From an uncultured Gemmatimonadales bacterium (GTDB lineage Bacteria; Gemmatimonadota; Gemmatimonadetes; Gemmatimonadales; Gemmatimonadaceae), in contig CAWBZV010000005.1 of the NCBI GenBank assembly GCA_963793305.1, positions 832,001 to 896,000 of the forward strand: DNA of 64,000 nt. Reading direction: 5' to 3'. Shown here piece by piece: positions 30,040 to 41,353 of this stretch. A model generated the notes under the pieces. That model saw only the letters and a list, made by a program, of their open reading frames with translations, did not search any database and was not told the DNA's origin. Numbering within the stretch: the first letter of the stretch is position 1; each line of letters starts with the position of its first letter. Both the position numbers and the translations under genes were made by a program.

Positions 30040-30811
30040 AGCGGTCGGTGGGTTCGATACCTACCGCGACGCGTTCCCACACGCGGCGCTGACCCGCTCG
30101 AGCGAGGGCGTCCTCGAAGTCGTCCTCCACACGGATGGCGGCACACTGCTGTTCAATGGCTACGTCCATGAAGAGTTCGTCGAGCTCTTCCATCGGATCG
30201 GCCAGGACGCGGACAATCGTGTCGTCATTCTCACCGGCGCGGGCGAGGCGTTCATCGATCGCATCGACGCCGAGGGCTTCGACTTCTTCACTCCGCGCGG
30301 CTTCGACAAGGTCTATCGCGAAGGCAAGAAGATCCTCGCCAATCTCATCGATATTCCCGTGCCGGTGCTCGCCGCGCTCAACGGACCGACGACGGTCCAC
30401 TCAGAATGGGTGCTGCTCTCGGACATCGTGATCGCGACGCCCGATACTGTGTTTCAGGACAAGCCGCATTTCGCCTTCGGCATCGTGCCCGGTGATGGCA
30501 TCCATTCCCTGTGGCCGGAAGTCATCGGCTCGATCCGCGGCCGTACCTTCGTGCTCACCCAGCAGATCATCGGGGCCGAGGAGGCCAAGACGCTGGACGT
30601 GATCAGCGAGATCGTCCCGCGGGAGCGGCTCTTGCCTCGCGCTCGCGAGATCGCCGGACGCATCGCGAAGCTCCCACCGCTCACCATCAGTTACACCCGC
30701 GTGGCTTTGACGCAGAAGCTGCGTCGCATTGTCGACGAGAGCGTCGGCTATGGCCTTGCGCTCGAAGGCATCTCGGCCGCCGACGTCGCGAGAATGAATC
30801 AGTCGAGGTGA
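30014..30811 (+). CDS. Crotonase-superfamily protein, 6-oxocamphor/beta-diketone hydrolase-like
   Basis: VILTGAG, AALNGP, FQDKPHFAFGIVPGDG (His/Asp dyad segment). Confidence 0.8.
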   Translation: MSSLAGSREAVGGFDTYRDAFPHAALTRSSEGVLEVVLHTDGGTLLFNGYVHEEFVELFHRIGQDADNRVVILTGAGEAFIDRIDAEGFDFFTPRGFDKVYREGKKILANLIDIPVPVLAALNGPTTVHSEWVLLSDIVIATPDTVFQDKPHFAFGIVPGDGIHSLWPEVIGSIRGRTFVLTQQIIGAEEAKTLDVISEIVPRERLLPRAREIAGRIAKLPPLTISYTRVALTQKLRRIVDESVGYGLALEGISAADVARMNQSR

Positions 30812-31428
30812 ATGATCCCGCGCTGGAGCGCGACGGTGACGGCTTCGGTGCGGTCCGCGGCGCCAAGTTTGGCGAAGACGCTCTTGAGGTGAATCTTCAC
30901 GGTTTCGTCCGTGCGCCCGATCGCCCGCGCGACGTCCTTGTTGCTAAAACCCCGCGCGACATACTCTAATATCTCGCGTTCCCGCTCGGTGAGCTCGACG
31001 CGCGGCGTATACTCGGCGAGCCGGCCAGCGACGACGGGCGGGATCACGCGCTGGCCACGGTGCACGGCGCGGATCGCATCGATGACGGCGGTCGGCAGCA
31101 TCTCCTTGAGCAGGTAGCCGACCGCGCCCGCCTCGAGCGCCCGGTGGATGTCCGTGTCGCCCTCATAGGTCGTGAGTGCGACGATGCGTGCGTCCGGAAA
31201 CTCCGAGCGGATCGCCTTGATCGCGCCGACGCCATCCAGCACGGGCATCCGAAGATCCATCAGCGTCACGTCCGGCCGCTGCGCCCGGAACAAGGCCACC
31301 GCTTGTGCCCCGTCTCCGGCCTCGCCGACGAACGTCAGGTCGGACTCCTCTCCGATCACGGCGGCGAGGCCGGCGCGGACGATCGGGTGATCGTCCGCGG
31401 TCATGACACGGATCGTCTGCACGCTCAT
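30799..31428 (-). CDS. NarL/LuxR family response regulator
   Basis: DDHPIVRAG, DLRMP, GYLLK, LTEREREIL..G.SNK.VA HTH; ATG at 31428. Confidence 0.92.
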   Translation of the reverse strand: MSVQTIRVMTADDHPIVRAGLAAVIGEESDLTFVGEAGDGAQAVALFRAQRPDVTLMDLRMPVLDGVGAIKAIRSEFPDARIVALTTYEGDTDIHRALEAGAVGYLLKEMLPTAVIDAIRAVHRGQRVIPPVVAGRLAEYTPRVELTEREREILEYVARGFSNKDVARAIGRTDETVKIHLKSVFAKLGAADRTEAVTVALQRGIIHLD

Positions 31429-32012
31429 TGCCGCGCCATCTCGGCGCCGGCAGCCGGGAACTTCGCGACGATCGCCTGCACAGTCTTGGCCAGCTCCGCG
31501 GTGTAGGTCGTGGGGTCCTGCGAGACGTCCGCCTGCCCCTGTCCGCGCCACAAGAGCTCTTTGGTTGCTGGATCGATCACATCCACAATAACAGTTCCTT
31601 GCGTGTATTGCTGAACCGTCTCGACCGGATAGCCGTATCCGTGCCAGAACCGGTGATAGCCCCAGTAATGGTAGCCGTAGTCCCAGTCGGTCACGTCCAG
31701 CTTTTGTTTCGCGCTCGCATAGTAGGCCACGGCAAAGTTCGGTGACTCACTCGTGAGCGTGTAGCCTTTGGCCTGGAAGTCCGCTACCAGGTCCTGGCGT
31801 AACGCCTGGTTCGCAATCGAGTTCGACAGCATCGGATCATTGTTGTCGCTCAGCGCGTTCGCCTTCTTCGCCGTCGGCGTCATGATCGCGAACGTGCGCA
31901 GGTTGGCCAGGTGTGCATCCGGCGCCACCGTCGTGCGTACGGTCACGGGATTGCAGGCGGTCGCCGCGGCGACCAGGATCGCGGCCAGCATGGCCGGCAT
32001 CTTCATGGACAT
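31425..32012 (-). CDS. DUF4136 lipoprotein
   Basis: Lipobox ATAC; YTQGTVIVDVID..TKELLWRG; GAGGAGG RBS. Confidence 0.85.
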   Translation of the reverse strand: MSMKMPAMLAAILVAAATACNPVTVRTTVAPDAHLANLRTFAIMTPTAKKANALSDNNDPMLSNSIANQALRQDLVADFQAKGYTLTSESPNFAVAYYASAKQKLDVTDWDYGYHYWGYHRFWHGYGYPVETVQQYTQGTVIVDVIDPATKELLWRGQGQADVSQDPTTYTAELAKTVQAIVAKFPAAGAEMARQ

Positions 32013-32078
32013 TGATTCCTCCTCGAGAGTGGTTGGAGACATGGTCTCGAGTCTAGCGCCACCCGCGAACACTTTGCG

Positions 32079-32094
32079 TTCCCCAGTTGGGGAG
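32079..32094. promoter_or_regulatory. Putative NarL-type operator, copy 1
   Basis: TTCCCCAGTTGGGGAG; similar copies at 33456 and 36839. Confidence 0.55.
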
Positions 32095-33006
32095 TCAAAT
32101 CGTTCGCATCGCTCCCATCCACTCGGGCCGATGCGCCGTACCGTCGAACATCTCGGTGGTCTTGAACGGCTCATACTCCCCGGTCATCGCCTGCTCACGC
32201 GTTCGCGCGAGCAATGCGGTGATCTGAGAGTCGCTCAGTGGGGAGAACGTATCCACGGCCTGGATCGCCTGGTCGAGCCGCGCCATGCTCTCACAGCCGT
32301 TGATGACGACCGACGTCGGCAGGCTCAGCGCGTAGTGGAGGCACTCGATCGCGGTGACGGTGCCGGCCCGCAAGATGTTGCCATCGCCCAATGGCTTCAT
32401 GCCAAGCACCGCGATGCCCTGCTCGACTAATCGCGGCAGCACCTGTCGACCAAAGCTCCGAAAGTGCGCGTCCATGACATTCAGGGGCATCTGACACGCA
32501 TCAAACGCAAACCCGTGGGCCGCCGCGACGTCCAGCATGCGCAGATGAACGACGGGATCCTTGTGCCCGGTGAAGCCGATGTACCGCACCTTGCCGGCTT
32601 GCCTGGCGGCGAGCACCGCCTCGAGCGCTCCCTCGCGCGCGAAGAAGCGGTCCGGGTCTTCCATACGAATGTTCTCGTGGAACTGGATCAGATCGACGTG
32701 GTCCGTCTGGAGCCGTCGCAGCGACTCATCGATCTGTTGCGCCGTCGCCTGCTTGGTGCGTCCATCGAACTTCGTCATCAGGAAGACTTTCTGGCGGTAT
32801 CCATCGCGCAACGCCCATCCCATGCGGCGCTCGCTTTCACCGTCGAAGTAATCCCACGAGTTGTCCATGAACGTGATGCCGCGATCGATGGCCGCGCGGA
32901 TGATGCGGATGCCTTCGTTCGGGTCTCGCGGCCGGCCGATGTGGTGACCGCCCAGTCCAATGGCCGACACCCGTTCGCCGGTCTTTCCCAGTGTGCGATA
33001 CTGCAT
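32095..33006 (-). CDS. Aldo/keto reductase
   Basis: YRTLGKTG..VSAIGLG, D...Y..G.SE, SLRRLQTDHVDL, GKVRYIGFTGH. Confidence 0.9.
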   Translation of the reverse strand: MQYRTLGKTGERVSAIGLGGHHIGRPRDPNEGIRIIRAAIDRGITFMDNSWDYFDGESERRMGWALRDGYRQKVFLMTKFDGRTKQATAQQIDESLRRLQTDHVDLIQFHENIRMEDPDRFFAREGALEAVLAARQAGKVRYIGFTGHKDPVVHLRMLDVAAAHGFAFDACQMPLNVMDAHFRSFGRQVLPRLVEQGIAVLGMKPLGDGNILRAGTVTAIECLHYALSLPTSVVINGCESMARLDQAIQAVDTFSPLSDSQITALLARTREQAMTGEYEPFKTTEMFDGTAHRPEWMGAMRTI

Positions 33007-33014
33007 CCTTCAGG

Positions 33015-33419
33015 CTACGGTTGCGGCTCCAGCTTGTCGAGGATCACCAATCGGACGACACGCTCCAGCTCGGCGATCTCGAATGGCTTGGACACGACGG
33101 CGGATCCGGTCGAGGTCAGCGCATCACGCACCAGATCGCTGACATCACCCGTCAGAAACACCGTGCGCCGTGCCAGGTGTGGCTGGATCGTTATCGCCCT
33201 CGCGTAGAGTGCATCGCCGCGTACGTCCGGCATGTGAAAATCCATCAATAGCCCATCGAACCATTGGTGGTGGAGCTCTACGATCGCCGCGGCGCCACTG
33301 TCCGCGACGACGGTATCCAGTCCACGACGGCGGAGGAGCTCTGCAATAGGGCGGGCAAGGCCTGGCTGATCATCGACGATCAGCACTGTTGGCGTTCGGT
33401 TTGGTGTTGGTCTCGTCAT
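33015..33419 (-). CDS. Single-domain response regulator (CheY-like)
   Basis: VLIVDD, LMDFHMP, FLTG, SKPF. Confidence 0.8.
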   Translation of the reverse strand: MTRPTPNRTPTVLIVDDQPGLARPIAELLRRRGLDTVVADSGAAAIVELHHQWFDGLLMDFHMPDVRGDALYARAITIQPHLARRTVFLTGDVSDLVRDALTSTGSAVVSKPFEIAELERVVRLVILDKLEPQP

Positions 33420-33455
33420 GCAAGCAGGATGCGCCGCTTGCAAATCCCGAAGGTA

Positions 33456-33471
33456 TTCCCTGTCCGGGGAG
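33456..33471. promoter_or_regulatory. Putative NarL-type operator, copy 2
   Basis: TTCCCTGTCCGGGGAG in the divergent intergenic region. Confidence 0.5.
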
Positions 33472-33531
33472 GGCGAGGTATACCCGATGTGGCGATGACC
33501 GCGGCACCAGCGACTGCGTATCGTTGGACTC

Positions 33532-33906
33532 ATGATAACACGACTGCTCATTGTGGCCGCTATGGGGATGCACGCCAGCGTCGCCCGCGGTCAATCAGAT
33601 TCGATCGAGGCGGCCCGCGCGGTGGGACAAGCCGAGGCAGCACTCGATTCCGCTCGCCGCTCCGTCGACGCGGTCACCGGACCGGTGGAGCTTGCCGCTC
33701 GCGCATACGCGGTCGCCGCCGCGCGACTCCGGTTGGGTGACTACGATGGCGCTCGTGAGCTAGCGAACGTCGCGTTGGCCGAAGCGCGGAACGCCAAGAA
33801 GGGGCCGGTCCGCGATCATTTCGACCGGGCACCCGTCGGCGCGGGAGCGCCGCCTCTCGCCGATTCCATTCCGTTCGGCGTCACCCCCGTTCCTGCTCAC
33901 CCGTAG
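33532..33906 (+). CDS. Secreted helical hypothetical protein
   Basis: Signal peptide (MITRLLIVAAMG..ARG) followed by Ala-rich helices. Confidence 0.55.
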   Translation: MITRLLIVAAMGMHASVARGQSDSIEAARAVGQAEAALDSARRSVDAVTGPVELAARAYAVAAARLRLGDYDGARELANVALAEARNAKKGPVRDHFDRAPVGAGAPPLADSIPFGVTPVPAHP

Positions 33907-36825
33907 GGCACCGTCAGTGAGACCTCGGTGCCTTTGCCCTCCTCGCTCGTAACGCGCAGCGTGCCATGCGCCTGCTCGACTCGCTCCCGCATGCCCAGCA
34001 GCCCCCAGTGTCCGGCGTACGATCGATACGACGGATCGACGTGGAAGCCGCATCCGTCGTCGCGCACGGTCAACCGAACAACGCGCCGCTCATAGATCAA
34101 CGCCACCCACGCCCCATGCGCGGACGCATGCTTGACCGTGTTCGACAATGCCTCTTGGGCTGTCCGGAGCAGCACGCCCTCGATATCCGGCGAGAGCGGA
34201 CGTGGCCGGCCGGACACGGTCCACTCCAGCTCCAGCCCGGATCCGGCGAGCGTCTGCCGCGCGGCATGCTCCAGCGCGGTCGTGAACGAGCCTTCGGTCA
34301 AGGCGGGCGCCCGCAAGTCCCACACGGCCTGCCGCGCGTCGGCGATCGTCCGCTGCGCGAGCGTCAGGACATCGTCGAGCGGCTTCGTGTAGTCGGCGGG
34401 CGCGTTCAATCGGCGTGTGGCCGCGCGGAGCGACAGCGCCACTCCGGCGAATCCTTGCAAGAGCGTGTCGTGGATCTCGCGCGCCAATCGGGTCCGCTCC
34501 GCGAGCACGGCCGCGAACCGTGCTTCGAGCACGCGCGTCCGCGCCTGGAGCACCGCCGCGACGGCCAACACAAGAGCGATAGCGGCCGCGATCAGAAACC
34601 ATGGCGTCAGATAAAATGGTGGCAGCACGCGAAACGCGATGGCCGCGCCGTTGGCGCTCCACGGCCCATCGGCGGGCCGGGCCGCGACGGAAAACTGATA
34701 TCGTCCGGGCGACAGATTCGTGTACGACGCGGTGCGCGAAGCGCCGGCGTCGACCCATGTGGTGTCGAACCCACCGAGCCGATATCGAAACCGCAGGTGG
34801 AGTCCCTCACGCAGGCTCACGGCGGTATACTCGAATTCGAGGCGGCGCGCGGCGGGGCTAACAGTCAGCGCTGCGCCGTTGGGCGTCGGAACGCCGTCTA
34901 TCGTAACGCGTTCGATGTGCACGACGGGCGGGTCCGGGTCCTCATGTACCACCGCCGGATCGAACGAAACCAACCCGCGCTCCATCGCGAACCAGAGCCG
35001 CCCATTCGCCGCCGTGGCGGTTGGCTGCTGCACACCGACCGCGATCTCCGGGCTCGGTAGACCATCGGCCGGCATGAACGTCGGCACGGGCCCGAGCTGC
35101 GCTGGCCGGCCGCGGCCCACCGAGTCGGCGACCGCATTGAGCTCGGCCAGTGGCACGCGCCTGATCCCGCGGAATCCAGCCAACCAGAGATGGCCGCTCC
35201 CATCCTCGGCCATCGCGGTCACGAGCTCCGGTACCAAGCCGTTCTCGCTGCGAATCGTGACCAATCGCCCGCCGGCGATCCGAGTCAGGCCCCCGATCGT
35301 GCCGGCCCACACGGCGCCGTCCGTGGTACCGAGGAGCGAGGTCACGACGCTCGCACCCAAGCCATCCGCGACGCGATAGCTCGTGATCTTCGGCAGATCG
35401 ATCCGGGACACACCGCTCGACGTGCCTGCCCAGAGGACACCGTGTCTGTCTTCCATAAGGGAAGAGACAACGCTGTCCGCCAAGCCATCGCGTTCGGTAT
35501 ATGTTGTCAGCTGCTCATGCCACAATCGTCGGAGCCCAACGCGAGTCGCGATCCAGATTCCACCCGCGTGATCGGCGAGCACCGCGTTCGCGGCCCCCGT
35601 CGGATATGCGTGCCACGATCCGGCACGGTAGCGCAGCACACCTGAGTCGCGTCGCCCGATCCATACCGAGCTATCCGGCGCGACAGCGATCGAGGAGACG
35701 ATGTCGGTTGGGCGCATAGAGACGAACGCGCCACTGTCGGCGTGCGCTCGTCGATAGAGACCACCCGTGCGTGGCGCCATCCAGAACGCGCCGGACCGAT
35801 CGATCGCGATCGCCCCGGGCGCATCCGTGGGCGACCCGTTCTGTTCTGTGAGCGGCGACAACTCCACCGAATGGAATCGGTTGAGCCCGTGCCGGGTGCC
35901 GACCCACACGTTCCCTTGCGCGTCGACGTACGCACAGAGGACATCGTCGTTCGTGAGGAGGCGCTTCTCGGCCGTGAGTTGGGTCAATCGACCCGCGTCG
36001 TAGCGGTACAATCCGGCGCCCTGTGTGCCGATCCAGAGCCCCCCATCGCGATCCTCGGCCAGAGCTTTCACGACCGCATATCGCGCGGTACTGATGAGCG
36101 ACACGCGCTCAATGCGACCGGATGCGATATGGACGATCCCATTCGTGGCGCCGGCCCAAATCGTTCCATCGCGTGCGCGTAGAATCGCGCCGACGTTCTC
36201 ATCCGGGAAGACGCGCGTCGCGGTTCCATCGCGTGGGCGGACGTTGACCAGCCCATACCCGCCGAATCCCAGCCACAGCTGACCGCTATCGCCCGCGACG
36301 ATGGATTGCCCGGTCGCCCGCGGCAATCCGTTGATCGATACCGGCGCGAGCCGCGAGCCATCTCGCCGCAGCAGTCGACCGTGATCCGTCAGCCCCCACA
36401 GAGTGCCACTCGCATCTTCGGTCAGTCCGACGATCGACTCGCCCACGACCGAATCATCGAGCGCGGCATCGCGGACGAAGCGCCCGTCGGCGTACCTCAC
36501 CAACTCGCGATCGGTGGCGATCCATAACACGCCAAGCCGGTCGCCGAGCATCGGCTGGATCGCGTAGTCGATCCGTCCGTGAAACGGCGGATCGTTGTGA
36601 TCGAACGTCGTAAATCGCACGCCGTCGAATCGCGTCGCGCCATTGGTCGTCGCCAGCCACAGATAGCCGTCGCCGCTCTGGGCGATGCGCAAGACGACAT
36701 TGACGGGCAACCCATGCTCGGCCCGCCAGAACGTTGACCCGGTAGCCGTCGACGGCCGCTACGGTCTCCTGCGCGCGCGCTACGCCGGTGAGCCCGACCA
36801 CGGCGAGCAGGGCGACTCCTCGCAT
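33897..36825 (-). CDS. Sensor histidine kinase with Reg_prop propellers, Y_Y_Y and HisKA_3 (one +1 frameshift near 36739)
   Basis: D..G.LWIGT repeats, YTNLSPGRY, ERTRLAREIHDTLLQ, DDGCGF, GLLGMRER; signal peptide in the adjacent frame from 36825. Confidence 0.9.
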
Positions 36826-36838
36826 GACCCCGAATCTA

Positions 36839-36854
36839 TACCCCAGTCGGGGAG
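36839..36854. promoter_or_regulatory. Putative NarL-type operator, copy 3
   Basis: TACCCCAGTCGGGGAG between the divergent kinase and TolC genes. Confidence 0.55.
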
Positions 36855-36913
36855 GGCCAAGACTCCGCACCGAGGGAATCCTATTCGGTGCCTGGCGGAA
36901 CCAACGTACACCC

Positions 36914-38179
36914 ATGACACGCGTTCTCGTACTGCTAGCGGCGGCGGCGCCATGCCTGGCGCAGGAGCCGGTCACGCGTATGGGGCTCGATGAGGTGGTC
37001 ACCGCCACTCTGCGAAATAGCCCCATCCTCGCACAGGCGAGCGGCACCGTCCGCTCGGACCGGTCATTGGAGCGCGTCGCGGTTGGCAATTTCCTGCCAT
37101 CCGCCACGCTCAATTCCGGCTACCTCCAATCGAACCAGATCATCGCGACGGCCTCCGGTGCCTACAGCGCCCAGAACTACTCGGCCGGACTCGCCGGATC
37201 GCTCGACCTGTTCACGGGCGGACGCCGCCGCGCGCAAATCAGTGCCGCGCAAGCGAACACCCGCTCGGCCGACGCGTCCCTCATCTCGACGCGGTACGCG
37301 GTCGCGCTCACCGCCCAGAGTGCGTTTTTTGCAGTGCAGCACGCACGCGACATTGTCGATGTCGGACAGACGAGTGTGGCGAACGCCGAGCGAGCGCTGC
37401 AGTACGTGAACAGTCAGCTGCAGAGCGGGACCGCGACGAAGGCCGATCTGCTCCTCGCGCAATTCAACCTCACCGTTGCGCGCCAGCAGCTCATCGCCGC
37501 ACGCGATACCCTTGCGACGACGGAGTATGCACTTGGACGCCTCGTCGGCGTCGACGGCGCGGTCGATGCGGTCGGCTCCGACTCGCTGCCCAGTCCCACG
37601 CTGGCGCTATCGGATTCAGTACTCCTCGCCCTCGCCGCACACGACGCGCCCGTAGTCAAGGCGGCCGACGAGTTCGCCACCGCGACGCGCGCCGACACCC
37701 GCGCGGCTCGTACGGAGTACATCCCGACGATCACCCTCACGGGTGGCTACGACTGGGCCACGCAGTCGCGGTTCAACGGCGCCGTCCGCCCCGGGTACTT
37801 CGTGGCGGTCGGCACGTCGTTCCCTCTCTTCAATGGATTTCAGCGCGAGAATACCGTCGAGCAGGCGTCCGTGACCGAGACCGTTGCACGCGCGCAAGAC
37901 CTCGACGAACGCCGGTTCGCCCGCGCCGAAGCGGCGCGGTTGCTCTCCGATGTCCGGGCTACGTGGGATCAACTCACGCAAGCCACGGAGGCGGTGCGCG
38001 TGACGACCGAGGACGTGCGGGTGCAGAGTGCCCGATATCAGGCCGGCGTGGCGACGTTCCTGGACTTGAGCACCGCGGAGCTGAACGAAGCGCAGGCCGG
38101 CGCGATGTTGGCGTTGGACCGGCAGTTGTACCTCATCGCCCGTGCGTCGCTCGAGGCGCTCGTGGGCCGGAGTCTCTGA
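36914..38179 (+). CDS. TolC family outer-membrane efflux protein
   Basis: Two OEP repeats (LP.....LF.GG; RYQAGVATFLDL); signal peptide. Confidence 0.88.
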   Translation: MTRVLVLLAAAAPCLAQEPVTRMGLDEVVTATLRNSPILAQASGTVRSDRSLERVAVGNFLPSATLNSGYLQSNQIIATASGAYSAQNYSAGLAGSLDLFTGGRRRAQISAAQANTRSADASLISTRYAVALTAQSAFFAVQHARDIVDVGQTSVANAERALQYVNSQLQSGTATKADLLLAQFNLTVARQQLIAARDTLATTEYALGRLVGVDGAVDAVGSDSLPSPTLALSDSVLLALAAHDAPVVKAADEFATATRADTRAARTEYIPTITLTGGYDWATQSRFNGAVRPGYFVAVGTSFPLFNGFQRENTVEQASVTETVARAQDLDERRFARAEAARLLSDVRATWDQLTQATEAVRVTTEDVRVQSARYQAGVATFLDLSTAELNEAQAGAMLALDRQLYLIARASLEALVGRSL

Positions 38180-38181
38180 CC

Positions 38182-41100
38182 ATGATGAAGATCGTCATCC
38201 TCGCCCTGCGCCGCCCGTACACGTTTATCTGCGGCGCGATCTTGGTACTACTGTTGGGGGTCTTCGCCATTACAAGAATGCCGGTGGACATCTTCCCGGC
38301 GATCGATCTCCCGGTGGCCACCGTGGTCTGGACGTTCAACGGCCTGGATCCGGAGCAGATGGAGCAGCGCATCACCACGATCACCGAGCGCATCTTCTCC
38401 AATTATGTGAGCGGGGTCGAGCACATCGAGTCGCGGTCGTACAACGGCGTCGCGACGATCAAAATCTACTTTCACCCCGGGACGAACACCGCGATCGCCA
38501 TGGCGCAGTTGACGGCGTCGGCCCAATCGGTCGTCCGCATCCTGCCGACCGGGATCACGCCGCCGGCGATCCTGTTGTACAACGCGACGGATGCACCGGT
38601 GCTGCAGGTGGGCGTCGGCAGCAAGACGTTGAGCGAAGATCAGCTCAACGACATCGCGGGCACCACGGTGCGTACTCCGCTCGCGACCGTCGGCGGCGTG
38701 ACGATCCCGCCACCCTACGGCGGTCGGCCTCGTCTCGCCATGGTCGACATCAACCTGAACACATTGTACGCGAAGGGGCTGAGTCCGGCGGACGTGAGCA
38801 CGGCCATCAACAACTCGAGCGTGATTCTTCCCACCGGCACCGCCAAGATGGGAAGCAAAGAGTACACGATCGGACTCAATACGACACCCGACTCGATCGA
38901 GCGGCTCAACGACATCCCGATCAAAGTCGTGAACGGCGCGATGGTGTACGTCCGGGACGTGGCCAACGTGCGGCTCGGCGCCGGCGTGCAGACGAACATC
39001 GTGCGCGAGAACGGCCGCCGCGGCACCTACCTGGCCGTGCTCAAAACGGGCGCTGCCTCGACACTGGCCGTGGTCGACGGCATCAAGGCGCTGCTCCCGC
39101 ACTTGAGGCAACTCGTGCCGCCGGGCGTCGATCTCACCATCCAGGCCGATCAGTCGATCTTCGTGAAGGCGGCGATCAGCGGCGTCGTCACGGAGGCCTG
39201 CATCGCCGGTTGCCTGACCGCGCTCATGATCCTCCTCTTCATCGGCAGCTGGCGATCGACGCTCATCGTGGCGACATTGATTCCGCTGGCGATCCTGTGC
39301 TCGATCATCTGCCTCATGATCTTCGGGCAGACGTTGAATCAGATGACACTGGGCGGCCTGGCGCTCGCCGTCGGCATCTTGGTGGACGACGCGACGGTCG
39401 AGATCGAGAATATCAACCGCCACGCCGAGCTGGGCTCGGAGATCCTGCAAGCGATCGTCGACGCGGCGAGCGAGATCGCGACGCCGGCGTTCGTCGCGAC
39501 GCTGTCGATCTCGATCGTGTTCATGCCGATTTTCCTGCTGACGGGACCCGCGGCGTCGCTCTTTCGTCCGCTGGCGATGGCCGTGGTGTTCGCCGTCCTG
39601 GCATCGTACCTCTTGTCGCGGACGATCGTGCCGACGATGGCCCGCTACCTGCTCGCGCACGAGTACCAACAGACGAAAACGACGCCCGGAGTGTTCGGTC
39701 GAGTCTATCAACGATTCAACCACCACTTCGACCAGTTCCGGCACGGGTACTTCGATCTGCTGGGTTGGGTCATGGTGCGGCGCCGAGTGGTGCTGATCGG
39801 GGCAGGCGTCTTCTGCCTCGGTACGTTCGTCCTGCTGCCGTTCATCGGCGAGGATTTCTTCCCGTCAGTCGATGGCGGACAGTTCGACTTGCACGTCCGC
39901 GCGCCGGCGGGCACGAAGCTCGAGGAGACCGAGCAGATGTTCGAGCGGATCGAGGCCGAGATCCATAAGGTCATCCCGGCGAGTGACCTGGACCTCGTGT
40001 CGGACGACATCGGCCTCAACAGCAATCAAGTCGCGCTCGCCACCGGCGAGTCCGCCACACTCACGCCGGCTGATGGCGACATTCTCGTCGGTCTCAAGCC
40101 GAATCACAAGCCGACGATTCACTACATGCGCCAGCTCCGCGATATGCTGCCCAGGGAGTTTCCGGGCCTCACGTTCTTTTTCGCGCCCTCCGACCTCGTC
40201 AGCTCGGTGCTCGATCTTGGGCTGCCGGCGCCGATCGACGTACAGGTCTATTCGGGAAGCGTCGACAAGCGTCCCGCATACGATGTCGCGGTGGCGCTCG
40301 CCGACAAGATCAAGCACGTGCCGGGCGCGGTCGACGTGCGCGTCGGACAGGTGATGGACTATCCCCAGATCTTCTACAACGTCGATCGCGATCGCGCCCT
40401 CCAGCTCGGCCTCACGGAGCGCGACGTCGCGTCGGGTGTGCTCGTCTCGCTGTCTTCGAGCGGTCAGACCGCGCCGAATTTTTACGTCGATCCAAAGACC
40501 GGCACCAGTTACCAGATCACGGTCCAGACGCCCCAATACAAAATGACATCGATGGACCAACTGGCCAGCACCCCGATTACGCCGGGCCCACAGCTCTTCG
40601 GCAATCTCGCGATGCCAGTGCGCAAAACGGAGATGGCGGCGGTGGATCACTACAACGTGACGCCGGTGTTCGACGTCTATGCGTCGACAGACCGGCGCGA
40701 CCTGGGCGGCGTCGCGACGGACATCGACAAGATTGTCGCGGCTGCCAAGCCGACACTGCCCCGCGGCGCCCAGATCGTGGTCCGGGGTCAGGTGCAGAGT
40801 ATGCGGTCGTCGTTTCTGGGCCTCGGACTCGGCATCGCCGGCGCCGTCATCCTCGCCTACATCCTCATGGTGGTGAACTTCCAGTCGTGGCTCGACCCGC
40901 TCGTGATCGTGCTCGGACTGCCCGGCGCGTTGGCGGGAATTCTCTGGATGCTGTTCGCCACCGGCACGACATTCACCGTACCGGCGCTCATGGGCACGAT
41001 CATGGCGGTCGGCGTCGCGACGTTCGAACAGCATTCTCCTCATCGTTTTCGCCGAGGATCAGCGACGAGCCGGAAGCTCCGCGATGGAGGCGGCCATGGA

Positions 41101-41353
41101 GGCGGGTTACACGCGACTCCGACCCGTCTGCATGACGGCACTGGCCATGATGATCGGCATGATGCCCATGGCCCTCGGCATGAGCGATGGCGGAGAGCAG
41201 AATGCACCGCTTGGTCGGGCCGTCATTGGCGGACTCATGGTCGCCACGGTCTTTACCCTGGTTATCGTTCCCGTTCTCTACACCATGATCCGCACGGGTC
41301 CGGCTCCTGTCGAGACGGCCGTGCCGGAGGTCAGCGTCAATGAGCGCCACTGA
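38182..41353 (+). CDS. RND efflux permease (one +1 frameshift near 41023)
   Basis: ALRRPYT, MPVDIFP, GILVDDA, then RLRPVCMTALAM..GMMPMAL..PLGRAVIGGL in the adjacent frame. Confidence 0.92.

Noticed and set aside
38142..41043. Long alternative-frame ORFs (608, 498 and 392 aa) over the RND gene
   Set aside because: Arg/His-rich shadow translations with no domain signal.
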